From NCBI RefSeq assembly GCF_006345805.1, contig NC_043019.1, positions 14,507,360 to 14,571,359 of the forward strand: a stretch of 64,000 nt of DNA, read 5' to 3'. The position numbers were made by a program, and so were the translations under genes. Below, in pieces: positions 36,883-49,242 of this stretch. How positions within the stretch are numbered: position 1 is the first letter of the stretch; each line of letters opens with the position of its first letter. A model generated the notes under the pieces. It made no database searches, had not been told where the DNA came from, and saw nothing but the letters and a program-made list of their open reading frames with translations. The stretch comes from Octopus sinensis (taxonomy: Eukaryota).

Positions 36883-37025
36883 TACATATATATACACGAG
36901 GGGTGTATAAAAAGTCTTGAGTCTTCTGATGAAGTTACAAGACTTAAAGGATCAAATACCTGTATTTATGTGTGTGTGTATATATATATAAAAACGTGTG
37001 TGTGTGTGTGTATATATATAAAAAC

Positions 37026-37096
<71 letters not shown>

Positions 37097-37135
37097 CACA
37101 TACGTATGCATATGTATATGTGTGTGTATATATAT
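36600..37135. repeat. (TA)n/(TG)n compound microsatellite
   Basis: Dinucleotide tracts. Confidence 0.9.
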
Positions 37136-37432
37136 CCTAAGTCAGGTAGATAGTCACTAAGGTCAATGATATTTTTTTTTTTTACTGAGCTAACAAAGAA
37201 CCTTATATACACACATTAATGGAAACAGGTTTTTGAACAACAAGGTATGTATGTATGTTTATAGCCATGTTGTGCATAAGCTAATTACTATACACCCAGT
37301 TCAAAGGTTGTTGTTTGTAGTTTTGTCACCATCTCGGTCTTTCAAGTCAGTGGTCCCAAACATTTTTTTGCACAACAGACTGGTTTTATAACAAACAATT
37401 TCTCCATCAAACGAATCATTACACGCATGACA

Positions 37433-37803
37433 GTGGAGGCGCAATGGCCCAGTGGTTACTGCAGCGGACTTGCGGTCATAGGATCGCGGTTTCGATTCCC
37501 AGACCAGGCGTTGTGAGTGTTTATTGAGCGAAAACACCTAAAGCTCCACGAGGCTCCGGCAGGGGATGGTGGTGAACCCTGCTGTACTCTTTCTCTCACT
37601 CTTACTTCCTGTTTCTGTTGTACCTGTATTTCAAAGGGTGGCCTTGTCACTCTCTGTGTCACGCTGAATATCCCCGAGAACTACGTTAAGGGTACACGTG
37701 TCTGTGGAGTGCTCAGCCACTTACACGCTAATTTCACAAGCAGGCTGTTCCGTTGATTCGGATCAACCGGAACCCTCGTCGTCGTAACCGACGGAGTGCT
37801 TCC
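37433..37803 (+). mobile_element. tRNA-derived SINE family C, near full length
   Basis: gtggaggcgcaatggcccagtggtt...ggtttcgattcccagacc...gtcgtaaccgacggagtgc. Confidence 0.75.
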
Positions 37804-38106
37804 ATCCATCATCATTTAACATCCGCTTTCCATGCTGGCATGGGTTGGACAGTTTGACTGAGGTCTGGCGAACCAGATGGCTGCACCAGGCTCCAGTCTT
37901 GATCTGGCAGAGTTTCTACAGCTGGATGCCCTTCCTAATGCCAACCACTCCGAGAGTGTAGTGGGTGCTTTTACATGCCACTGACACGGGGGCCAGTCAA
38001 GTGGAACTGGCAACGACCTCGCTTGAAACTGCCTTCTGCTTCTACGAAACAAAACTTCCTGTTTTGAAGTGATCTTGATTAAAACTTTCCATTAAAATTC
38101 TACGTA

Positions 38107-38524
38107 GGAGTGGCTGTGTGGTAAGTAGCTTGCTTACCGACCACATGGTTCCGGGTTCAGTCCCACTGCATGGCACCTTGGACAAGTGTCTTCTACTATA
38201 GCCTCGGGCTGACCAAAGCCTTGTGAGTGGATTTGGTACACAGAAACTGAAAGAAGCCTGTCGTATATATGTATATGTGTGTGTGTGTATAAGTTTGTGT
38301 GTGCGTGCGTGTATGTTTGTGTACCTGTGTTTGTCCCCCCAACATTGCTTGACAACCGATGCTGGTGTGTTTACGTCCTCGTAACTTAGCGGTTCGGCAA
38401 AAGAGAAAGATAGAATAAGTACTAGGCTTACAAAGAATGTCCTGGGGTCGATTTGGTCAACTAAAGGCAATGCTCCAGCATGGCCACAGTCAAATAACTA
38501 AATCAAGTAAAAGAGTAAAGAGAG
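38107..38524 (+). mobile_element. SINE family A copy
   Basis: Full-length match. Confidence 0.85.
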
Positions 38525-38676
38525 TTGATTTATGTTGCAAATACTAGTTTAATAATGACAAGGTTATTTTACTAAATTCTTCATTTTTCCCCAAATTAAT
38601 TTAAAGGTAGTTTATTCCCATAGAAATATGGTGACAGAAGAATCAAGATTACTAATGTATTTCAACATATTTCAAT

Positions 38677-39562
38677 CTTTCTTTTTCTCTCTCTTAGGCC
38701 TCTTGATTCCTCAAGGAACATAGGGCCGCAACAACAATTTCACAACAGACGTGGTTCTGGGGAATTCTCTTCAGCTCGGCCCATGTAATTATGGCTGCCC
38801 TCACCTCTGCGTCGACACTCCTGCACCAAGACTGTTTGGGCTGGCCCACTTTTTGCTTCCCCTGAGGGTTCCAGTCAAGGTGACATTTGGTGCAGGCTTT
38901 CATAGCAACTGGCCTTTCCATCCCCATTTTTGTTTCTTGGTATCTGTCTCGATTGGGGCTTGTCTTATCCTGTCTACAGTTGTTCATTGGAGATGACCTC
39001 CAGCCACCTGATTCTAAGGATGTTTCTGAGACATCTGTTATTCTTCCTGATGGTGGTTGACTGGATCATGAGACAAGCCACAGCAGGCAAAAGGACAGGC
39101 ATCCAGTGGACCTTCGATAAACAGTTCGAAGACCTAGACTATGCAGACGACATCGGTTTTCTCTCCCACAAGCAGCAACATGCACGGAAGTTAAGTCATG
39201 TTGCAGAAGAAGCGGAGAGGACTGGCCTCCAGATAGACATTAAGAAGACAGAGGCCATGCGAGTGAACAACAGACAGCAAGACTCAGTGCGACTACACCA
39301 GGAGGGTAGTATCAAGGACATCAACAGGTTTGTTTACCTGGGCAGAGTAGTCAATAAAGACGACGGGACAGATGAGGACATTAAATGCCGAATAAACATT
39401 TCCTGACATGCCTTCAACACCTTGCAACCAATCTGGAGATCTAACAGCCCTCTCGATCCACAAGATCCGAATCTTCAACACAAGTGAAAAGTCGGTTCTA
39501 CTTTAGGGCTCAGAAGCATGACAAGTGACCAAGACTAACACCAACAAGCTCCAGACATTCAT
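38677..39562 (-). mobile_element. RTE-like LINE insertion with 5' inversion and 10-bp TSD
   Basis: Minus segment 39040-38694 reads NRCLRNILRIRW...DWNPQGKQKVGQPKQSW. Plus segment 39040-39562 reads FLMVVDWIM...DLDYADDI...FVYLG...KLQTFI. ATATTTCAAT occurs at 38667-38676 and 39563-39572. Confidence 0.85.
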
Positions 39563-39696
39563 ATATTTCAATATCTATGCACAATTTTCATTGGCAAGAA
39601 GACTGACAAACCGGTACTTTTAGAACTAGGAGATTACGATGACCATAATGTATGTGCATGCACACATACACATGTATATGTATATATACATACATA

Positions 39697-40194
39697 CTGC
39701 AAATCCTCGAGTATAATCCGCATTTTCCCCCAAAATCTAAAGGTCAAAATCCCTAGAGCGTACTATATACGAGGTTAAAAATGAAAAATATATTCTAAGC
39801 AATGTCCGAGTCTCTATTTGCTGTCCAGCAATGTTTATTCAGATGCATTTTGTGATGTTGAGTGCGAAAATACCTTAAGCTAAGCCTGAAAGCAATGAAG
39901 TCATAAAAGAATCATCCATAACTTGCAGTAAGCAACATTTAAAAAGTATTCAGAACACAGAATAACATGTAACAAAAACAATTTTCAAACATATTTACAT
40001 TCCCATATAACAGTTAAGAACATCACCATTATATAAGTGTTTGTTCGACTAAGTGCTGCTGTTTTAATTACACACAGCTCGAGTTAGAGAAGGGGTGCAT
40101 ATTATACACATGGTTTAGGTTTTTCAGAGGTACAGCCTGCTAAAAATCCCCTGCGTATTATACTCAAGGGCGGACTATACTCGAGGATTTACAG
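39697..40194. mobile_element. Tc1/mariner-pogo-type MITE with TA TSD
   Basis: TA-ctgcaaatcctcgagtataatccgc...gcggactatactcgaggatttacag-TA. Confidence 0.8.
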
Positions 40195-40670
40195 TACATA
40201 CATGGCATCAAAATGATGAGAATTTTTGGTTGATAATTGCTGTGGAATGAGCATGTCCCCATGCTTTCTATATGTCCCTTCATCTTCATTCTGTGCAACA
40301 TTTTACTACACACACAATCATCATCATCATCATTTAGCGTTCGTTTTCCATGCTAGCATGGGTTGGACGGTTCAACTGCGGTCTGTGAAGCCAGAAGGCT
40401 GCATCAGGCCCAGTCTGATCTGGCAGTGTTTCTACAGTGTTTCATATATACATGTATATATGAAACATGATTTCTAGAGCCTATTGTCCTGACACCTCTA
40501 AGGTACAAATTTAGCAAAAACAAAACAAAACAAAAAAAAATACATCCAAATACAGGTTTTCTAAAAAGTCTTGGTATTATTTATTTAACGATAAACATCT
40601 CCAAAGGAAAGATAAACGTGTCAGTTGTCTCTATTTTGTATTCATTCCTAAAATGGAAATTGATAAATAA

Positions 40671-41075
40671 AGGCGCAGGAGTGGCTGTGTGGTAAGTAGC
40701 TTGCTAACCAACCACATGGTTCCGGGTTCAGTCCCACTGCGTGGCATCTCGGGCAAGTGTCTTCTGCTATGGCCCCGGGCCGACCAATGCCTTGTGAGTG
40801 GATTTGGTAGACGGAAACTGAAAGAAGCCCATCGTATATATGTATATATATATATATGTGGTGGGGGGAGTTTGTGTGTCTGTATTTGTCCCCCTAGCAT
40901 TGCTTGACAACCGATGCTGGTGTGTTTGCGTCCCCGTCACTTAGCGGTTCGGCAAAAGAGACCGATAGAATAAGTACTGGGCTTACAAAGAATAAGTCCC
41001 GGGGTCGATTTGCTCGACTAAAGGCGGTGCTCCAGCATGGCCGCAGTCAAATGACTGAAACAAGTAAAAGAGTAA
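40671..41075 (+). mobile_element. SINE family A copy, young-looking
   Basis: Nearly identical to 56041-56452. Confidence 0.9.
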
Positions 41076-41329
41076 GTAGATAAAAACCTCCTTCAATACT
41101 TACAGCCCAACTAAGTACCTTCTGTGGTGAAGAGTATTGTATGGTTCCATCCATGACCTTCAGTGTTAGACTAACATTGTAATCTATAGATCCCTGGCTA
41201 TAAAGATTACACTAGATCAAGCTGCCACTGAATTTAATTAAGAATATAGTGAAATCATGATGCCAGTGCTGGTCGCATGTAAAAAGCACCATTTGAGTGT
41301 GGTTGGTGCCAGTCCCACCAGACTGGCTC

Positions 41330-44300
41330 CTGTGCCGGTGATACATAAAAACCACCATGCGAGTATGGTCGTTGCCAGTGCTGCCTGACTGGCCCCCCGT
41401 ACTGGTGGCACATAAAAAGCACCATGCAAGTATGGTCGTTGCCAGTGCTGCCTGACAGGCCCCCGTACTGGTGGCACATAAAAAGCACCATGCAAGTATG
41501 GTCGTTGCCAGTGCTGCCTGACAGGCCCCCGTACTGGTGGCACATAAAAAGCACCATGCGAGTATGGTCGTTGCCAGTGCTGCCTGACAGGCCCCCGTAC
41601 TGGTGGCACATAAAAAGCACCATGCGAGTATGGTCGTTGCCAGTGCTGCCTGACAGGCCCCCGTACTGGTGGCACATAAAAAGCACCATGCGAGTATGGT
41701 CGTTGCCAGTGCTGCCTGACTGGCCCCCCGTACTGGTGGCACATAAAAAGCACCATGCGAGTATGGTCGTTGCCAGTGCTGCCTGACAGGCCCCCGTACT
41801 GGTGGCACATAAAAAGCACCATGCGAGTATGGTCGTTGCCAGTGCTGCCTGACTGGCCCCCATACTGGTGGCACATAAAAAGCACCATGCGAGTATGGTC
41901 GTGCCAGTGCTGCCTGACTGGCCCCCATACTGGTGGCACATAAAAAGCACCATGCGAGTATGGTCGTTGCCAGTGCTGCCTGACAGGCCCCGTACTGGTG
42001 GCACATAAAAAGCAGCATGCGAGTATGGTCGTTGCCAGTGCTGCCTGACAGGCCCCCGTACTGGTGGCACATAAAAAGCACCATGCGAGTATGGTCGTAG
42101 CCAGTGCTGCTGACAGGCCCCCGTACTGGTGGCACATAAAAAGCACCATGAGGGAGATGGTCGTTGCCAGTGCTGCCTGACTGGCCCCCGTACTGGTGGC
42201 ACATAAAAAGCACCATGCGAGTATGGTCGTTGCCAGTGCTGCCTGACTGGCCCCCCGTACTGGTGGCACATAAAAAGCACCATGCGAGTATGGTCGTAGC
42301 CAGTGCTGCCTGACAGGCCCCCATACTGGTAGCACATAAAAAGCACCATGCGAGTATGGTCGTTGCCAGTGCTGCCTGACAGGCCCCCGTACTGGTGGCA
42401 CATAAAAAGCACCATGCGAGTATGGTCGTTGCCAGTGCTGCCTGACTGGCCCCCGTACTGGTGGCACATAAAAAGCACCATGCGAGTATGGTCGTAGCCA
42501 GTGCTGCCTGACAGGCCCATACTGGTAGCACATAAAAAGCACCATGCGAGTATGGTCGTTGCCAGTGATGCCTGACAGGCCCCCGTAATGGTAGCACATA
42601 AAAAGCACCATGCGAGTATGGTCGTTGCCAGTGCTGCCTGACAGGCCCCCGTACTGGTGGCACATAAAAAGCACCATGCGAGTATGGTCGTTGCCAGTGC
42701 TGCCTGACTGGCCCCCCGTACTGGTGGCACATAAAAAGCACCATGAGAGTATGTCGTTGCCAGTGCTGCCTGATGGCCCCCGTACTGGTGGCACATAAAA
42801 AGCACCATGCGAGTATGGTCGTTGTTGCCAGTGCTGCCTGACTGGGGCCCCCATACTGGTGGCACATAAAAAGCACCATGCGAGTATGGTCGTAGCGAGT
42901 GCTGCCTGACAGGCCCCTACTGGTGAGCACATATAAAAAGCACCATGCGAGTATGGTCGTTGCCAGTGCTGCCTGACAGGCCCCCGTACTGGGGGCACAT
43001 AAAAAGCAGCATGCGAGTATGGTCGTTGCCAGTGCTTGCCTGACAGGCCCCCGTACTGGTGGCACATAAAAAGCACCATGCGAGTATGGTCGTTAGCCAG
43101 TGCTGCCTGACAGGCCCCCGTAATGGTGGCACATAAAAAGGACCATGCGAGTATGGTCGTGCCAGTGCTGCCTGACTGGCCCCCGTACTGGTGGCACATA
43201 AAAAGCACCATGCGAGTATGGTCGTTGCCAGTGCTGCCTGACAGGCCCCCGTACTGGTGGCACATAAAAAGGCACCATGCGAGTATGGTCGTAGCCAGTG
43301 CTGCCTGACAGCCCCCATACTGGTAGCACATAAAAAGCACCATGCGAGTATGGTCGTTGCCAGTGCTGCCTGACAGGCCCCCGTCTGTAGTGTGCACATA
43401 AAAGCCCCACATGCGAGTATGGTCGTTGCCAGTGCTTGCCTGACTGGCCCCCCGTACTGGTGGCACATTAAAAAAGCACCATGCGAGATGGTCGTAGCCA
43501 GTGCTGCCTGACAGGCCCCATACTGGTAGACATATAAAAGCACCATGCGAGTATGGTCGTGTTGACGCCCCGTAGTGCTGCCTGATGGCCCCCGTTACTG
43601 GTGGCCACTGGATGATAAAAAGCACCATGCGAGTAATGGGACGTTGCCAGTGCTGCCTGACAAAGGCCACCCGTTACTGGTGGCACATAAAAAGCACCAT
43701 GCGAGCTATGGTCGTAGCCCGTGCTGCTGTACCGGCCCCGTACTGGTGGCACATAAAAAGCACCATGCGAGTATGGTCGTTGCCAGTGCTGCCTAACTGG
43801 CCCCCGTACTGGTGGCACACAAAAAGCACCATGCGAGTATGGTCGTTGACAGTGCTGCCTGACAGGCCCCCATACTGGTGGCACATAAAAAGCACCATGC
43901 GAGTATGGTCGTTGCCAGTGCTGCCTGACTGGCCCCCGTACTGGTGGCACATAAAAAGCACCATGCGAGTATGGTCGTTGCCAGTGCTGCCTAACTGGCC
44001 CCCCGTACTGGTGGCACATAAAAAGCCACCATGCGAGTATGGTCGTTGACAGTGCTGCCTGACAGGCCCCCATACTGGTGGCACATAAAAAGCACCATGC
44101 GAGTATGGTCGTTGCCAGTGCTGCCTGACAGGCCCCCGTACTGGTGGCACATAAAAAGCACCATGCGAGTATGGTCGTAGCCAGTGCTGCCTGACAGGCC
44201 CCCGTACTGGTGGCACATAAAAAGCACCATGCGAGTATGGTCGTTGCCAGTGCTGCCTGACTGGCCCCCCGTACTGGTAGCACATAAAAAGCACCATGCG

Positions 44301-47015
44301 AGTATGGTTGTTGCCAGTGCTGCCTGACAGGCCCCCGTACTGGTGGCACATAAAAAGCACCATGCGAGTATGGTCGTAGCCAGTGCTGCCTGACAGGCCC
44401 CCGTACTGGTGGCACATAAAAAGCACCATGCGAGTATGGTCGTTGCCAGTGCTGCCTGACTGGCCCCCCGTACTGGTAGCACATAAAAACCACCATGCGA
44501 ATATGGTCGTTGCCAGTGCTGCCTGACTGGCCCCCCGTACTGGTAGCACATAAAAAGCACCATGCGAGTATGGTCGTTGCCAGTGCTGCCTGACAGGCCC
44601 CCATACTGGTGGCACATAAAAAGCACCATGCGAGTATGGTCGTTGCCAGTGCTGCCTGACTGGCCCCCGTACTGGTGGCACATAAAAAGCACCATGCGAG
44701 TATGGTCATTGCCAGTGCTGCCTAACTGGCCCCCCGTACTGGTGGCACATAAAAAGCACCATGCGAGTATGGTCGTTGCCAGTGCTGCCTGAGGCCCCCG
44801 TACTGGTGGCACATAAAAAGCACCATGCGAGTATGGTCGTTGACATGGCTGCCTGACAGGCCCCCATACTGGTGGCACATAAAAAGCACCATGCGAGTAT
44901 GGTCGTTGCCAGTGCTGCCTACAGGCCCCCAGTACTGGTGGCACATAAAAAGCACCATGCGAGTATGGTCGTTGCCAGTGCTGCCTGACAGGCCCCCGTA
45001 CTGGTGGCACATAAAAAGCACCATGCGAGTATGGTCGTTGCCAGTGCTGCCTAACAGGCCCCCGTACTGGTGGCACATAAAAAGCACCATGCGAGTATGG
45101 TCGTTGCCAGTGCTGCCTGACAGGCCCCCGTACTGGTGGCACATAAAAAGTCACCATGCGAGTATGGTCGTTGCCAGTGCTGCCTGACTGGCCCCCGTAC
45201 TGGTAGCACATAAAAAGCACCATGCGAGTATGGTCGTTGCCAGTGCTGCCTGACTGGCCCCCGTACTGGTGGCACATAAAAAGCACCATGCGAGTATGGT
45301 CGTTGCCAGTGCTGCCTGACTGGCCCCCCGTACTGGTAGCACATAAAAAAAACCACATGCGAGTATGGTCGTTGCCAGTGCTGCCTGACTGGCCCCCCGT
45401 ACTGGTGGCACATAAAAAGCACCATGCGAGTATGGTCGTTGCCAGTGCTGCCTGACAGGCCCCCGTACTGGTGGCACACATAAAAAGCACCATGCGAGAG
45501 TATGGTCGTTGCCAGTGCTGCCTGACTGGCCCCCCGTACTGGTGGCACATAAAAAGCACCATGCGAGTATGGTCGTAGCCAGTGCTGCCTGACAGGCCCC
45601 CGTACTGGTGGCACATAAAAAGCACCATGCGAGTATGGTCGTTGCCAGTGCTGCCTGACTGGCCCCCCGTACTGGTGGCACATAAAAAGCACCATGCGAG
45701 TATGGTCGTTGCCAGTGCTGCCTGACTGGCCCCCCGTACTGGTGGCACATAAAAAGCACCATGCGAGTATGGTCGTTGACAGTGCTGCCTGACAGGCCCC
45801 CATACTGGTGGCACATAAAAAGCACCATGCGAGTATGGTCGTTGCCAGTGCTGCCTGACTGGCCCCCCGTACTGGTGGCACATAAAAAGCACCATGCGAG
45901 TATGGTCGTTGCCAGTGCTGCCTAACTGGCCCCCCGTACTGGTGGCACATAAAAAGCACCATGCGAGTATGGTCGTTGACAGTGCTGCCTGACAGGCCCC
46001 CATACTGGTGGCACATAAAAAGCACCATGCGAGTATGGTCGTTGCCAGTGCTGCCTGACAGGCCCCCGTACTGGTGGCACATAAAAAGCACCATGCGAGT
46101 ATGGTCGTTGACAGTGCTGCCTGACAGGCCCCCATACTGGTGGCACATAAAAAGCACCATGCGAGTATGGTCGTTGCCAGTGCTGCCTGACTGGCCCCCG
46201 TACTGGTGGCACATAAAAAGCACCATGCGAGTATGGTCATTGCCAGTGCTGCCTGACAGGCCCCCGTACTGGTGGCACATAAAAAGCACCATGCGAGTAT
46301 GGTCGTTGCCAGTGCTGCCTAACTGGCCCCCCGTACTGGTGGCACATAAAAAGCACCATGCGAGTATGGTCGTTGACAGTGCTGCCTGACAGGCCCCCAT
46401 ACTGGTGCACATAAAAAGCACCATGCGAGTATGGTCGTTGCCAGTGCTGCCTGACTGGCCCCCCGTACTGGTGGCACATAAAAAGCACCATGCGAGTATG
46501 GTCGTTGCCAGTGCTGCCTAACTGGCCCCCGTACTGGTGGCACATAAAAAGCACCATGCGAGTATGGTCGTTGACAGTGCTGCCTGACAGGCCCCCATAC
46601 TGGTGCACATAAAAAGCACCATGCGAGTATGGTCGTTGCCAGTGCTGCCTGACAGGCCCCCGTACTGGTGGCACATAAAAAGCACCATGCGAGTATGGTC
46701 GTTGCCAGTGCTGCCTAACTGGCCCCCCGTACTGGTGGCACATAAAAAGCACCATGCGAGTATGGTCGTTGCCAGTGCTGCCTGACTGGCCCCCCGTACT
46801 GGTGGCACATAAAAAGCACCATGCGAGTATGGTCGTTGACAGTGCTGCCTGACAGGCCCCCGTACTGGTGGCACATAAAAAGCACCATGCGAGTATGGTC
46901 GTTGCCAGTGCTGCCTGACTGGCCCCCCGTACTGGTGGCACATAAAAAGCACCATGCGAGTATGGTCATTGCCAGTGCTGCCTGACAGGCCCCCGTACTG
47001 GTGGCACATAAAAAA
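41330..47015 (+). repeat. 66-bp satellite array (~5.7 kb, about 85 units) derived from the RTE 3'UTR internal repeat
   Basis: Unit gcctgacaggcccccgtactggtggcacataaaaagcaccatgcgagtatggtcgttgccagtgct; 22-aa periodicity in the ORF track. Confidence 0.95.
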
Positions 47016-47017
47016 AA

Positions 47018-47560
47018 GCGCCCACAGGTTCACTCCACCGTTAGAGATTGGCACTTCTTTACACAGCTGCCCTTGTCCATATGCATCATATGACCATACT
47101 AGCATAGTTCTCTCTCTTCTACACCACATCTGGTGCCTCGTATGCCCAATTTTTCTCTGAAGACACTTATACTCTGTCGTACTGAGTTTGCACATCCAGC
47201 AATGTATACCAGCTTCCTTTCTTTCAAGCTTCCTCATGTCTTCTGCAGTCACAGCCCATGTTTCACTGCCATGTAGCATGGCTGTTTGCACACAGGCATT
47301 ATACAATCTGCCTTTCACTCTGAAGAAGCTCTTAGTTACCAACAAAGGTAGAAGCTCTCTGGACGTTGCCCAGCCTATTCGTATTCTAGCAGCTACACTC
47401 TCGAAGCATCTTCCTCCACTGCTGACCTGGTCACCCAGATAACAGAAGCTATTTACAACTTCTGTGTATGCCCCTGGCATTTGACAAAGTCTATATTCTT
47501 TAAATTTCTAGTGTTTATTATATCTATACGTCTGCCACACACAAAGACTGCTCTCTCTGT
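47018..47560 (-). mobile_element. RTE-clade LINE ORF fragment
   Basis: EVVNSFCYLGDQVSSGGRCFESVAARIRIGW...KGRLYNACVQTAMLHGSETWAVT...WMC; breaks at LTVE*TCGR. Confidence 0.85.
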
Positions 47561-47829
47561 CAACCCTGCTGCAGGCTTAGGAGAAAGAATTTATGGCAGA
47601 TATTAATTACTGTGTTATTACTGTTCTGGAGAAACTGACGCTAGTTTCTGTGCCAAGGTCACTGAGACTTGAATCAAATATTTAAAACCACTAACAATTG
47701 ATAGCAGTAAAAATCAACTTTTTCCTTTCATAATGGATTATGGAATTCTCTTGAGGATTTGTATTTCCTGATATCCAATATCAGTAGCATATGAAGGAAA
47801 ATGGAATAATAAGGACTCTCTCTCTCTCT

Positions 47830-48196
47830 GGCTGTGTGGTAAGTAGCTTGCTTACAAACCACGTGGTTCTGAGTTCAGTCCCACTGCGTGGTATCTTAGG
47901 CAAGTGTCTTCTACTATAGCCTCAGGTTGACCAAAGCCTTGTGAGTGGATTTGGTAGACGGAAACTGAAAGAAGCCTGTCATATATATGTATGTGTGTGT
48001 GTATATGTTTGTGTGTGTGTGTTTGTCCCCGCCAACATCACTTGATAACCGATGCTGGTGTGTTTATGTCCTTGTAACTTAGCGGTTCAGCAAAAGAGAC
48101 TGATAGAATAAGTATAAGTCCTGGGGTCGATTTTCTCAACTAAAGGTGGTGCTCCAGCATGGCCTCAGTCAAATGACTGAAACAAGTAAAAGAGTA
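47830..48196 (+). mobile_element. SINE family A copy
   Basis: Head-to-tail match. Confidence 0.85.
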
Positions 48197-48224
48197 ATAT
48201 ATAAATATATTATTATTATTATTA

Positions 48225-49030
48225 TTGAGTGAGAGAGCAGTACATGCCATCAAAGTGACACTGGGGTAAATACATGAAGCTCAGTATACCCATCAGAACT
48301 ACACATCTGCATGACTACACACATGCATCGCAACCATATGTACACGACACGGTGATCTCATATCAAGATAAACAGTGCATGACCTTGCAACTGGGACCCA
48401 GTTAGAATTTTCTTCTGGTCGAGTAGCCCATCCCGCTCAAAAGGTCCCTGAATAAGGATTGTTTAATGATGTTGAACGAACCACCCATGTTTCCAGAGGT
48501 GAACTATTCAAACCCCAAAGAATTCCTTTCAACACATGGCTATGATGCTCCCCCACTACTTCTGCTCGTGATCAGAGATGCACATATCGTCAGCCACTAA
48601 GGGACCTGCTCAACTGGTTAAGGTCAAACAACTGACAAGCAAATCTGTGGTATTGAGCAGAATATTTGCTGTAGCCCATCTTTTATACCAAGACAAAACA
48701 GTGTACATGATAACACTTCCAATCAGTTAAGATCAGAAGCCATGAGAGCCACTGCCTGGTACTGCATCAGGGCATTGGTATTGAGCAGAATATTTGCTGT
48801 AGCCCATCTTTTATACCAAGACAATACAATGTACATGATAACACTTCCAATCAGTTAAGATCAGAAGCCATGAGAGCCACTGCCTGGTACTGCATCAGGG
48901 CATTGGTATTGAGCAGAATATTTGCTGTAGCCCATCTTTTATACCAAGACAATACAATGTACATGATAACACTTCCAATCAGTTAAGATCAGAAGCCATG
49001 AGAGCAACTGCCTGGTACTGCATCAGGGCA
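48225..49030 (-). mobile_element. Non-autonomous retroposon with (AAT)n tail and a triplicated 128-bp end (48649-49030)
   Basis: Homologous to 59905-60333 and 17310-17470; ggtattgagcagaatatttgc at 48649, 48777 and 48905. Confidence 0.65.
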
Positions 49031-49196
49031 CATTCTGAGTTCAAATTCCGCCAAGGTCAACTTTGCCTTTCATCCTTTTGGGGTCAATAAATTAAGTACC
49101 AGTTACGGACTGGGGTCGATGTAATCGACTTGATCTGTTCGTCTGTCCTTGTTTGTCCCCTCTGTGTTTAGCCCCTTGTGGGTAGTAAAGAAATAA

Positions 49197-49242
<46 letters not shown>

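Noticed and set aside
43380-43740. Locally diverged satellite units suggesting an older core
   Set aside because: The indel-rich pattern in an otherwise homogeneous array fits consensus error better; cannot be judged without reads.
41212-47015. Long ORFs (up to 810 aa) and a CRISPR-like appearance
   Set aside because: The 66-bp unit lacks stops in several frames, so ORFs arise in many frames at once. Units are head-to-tail with no unique spacers, there are no cas genes and the context is eukaryotic.
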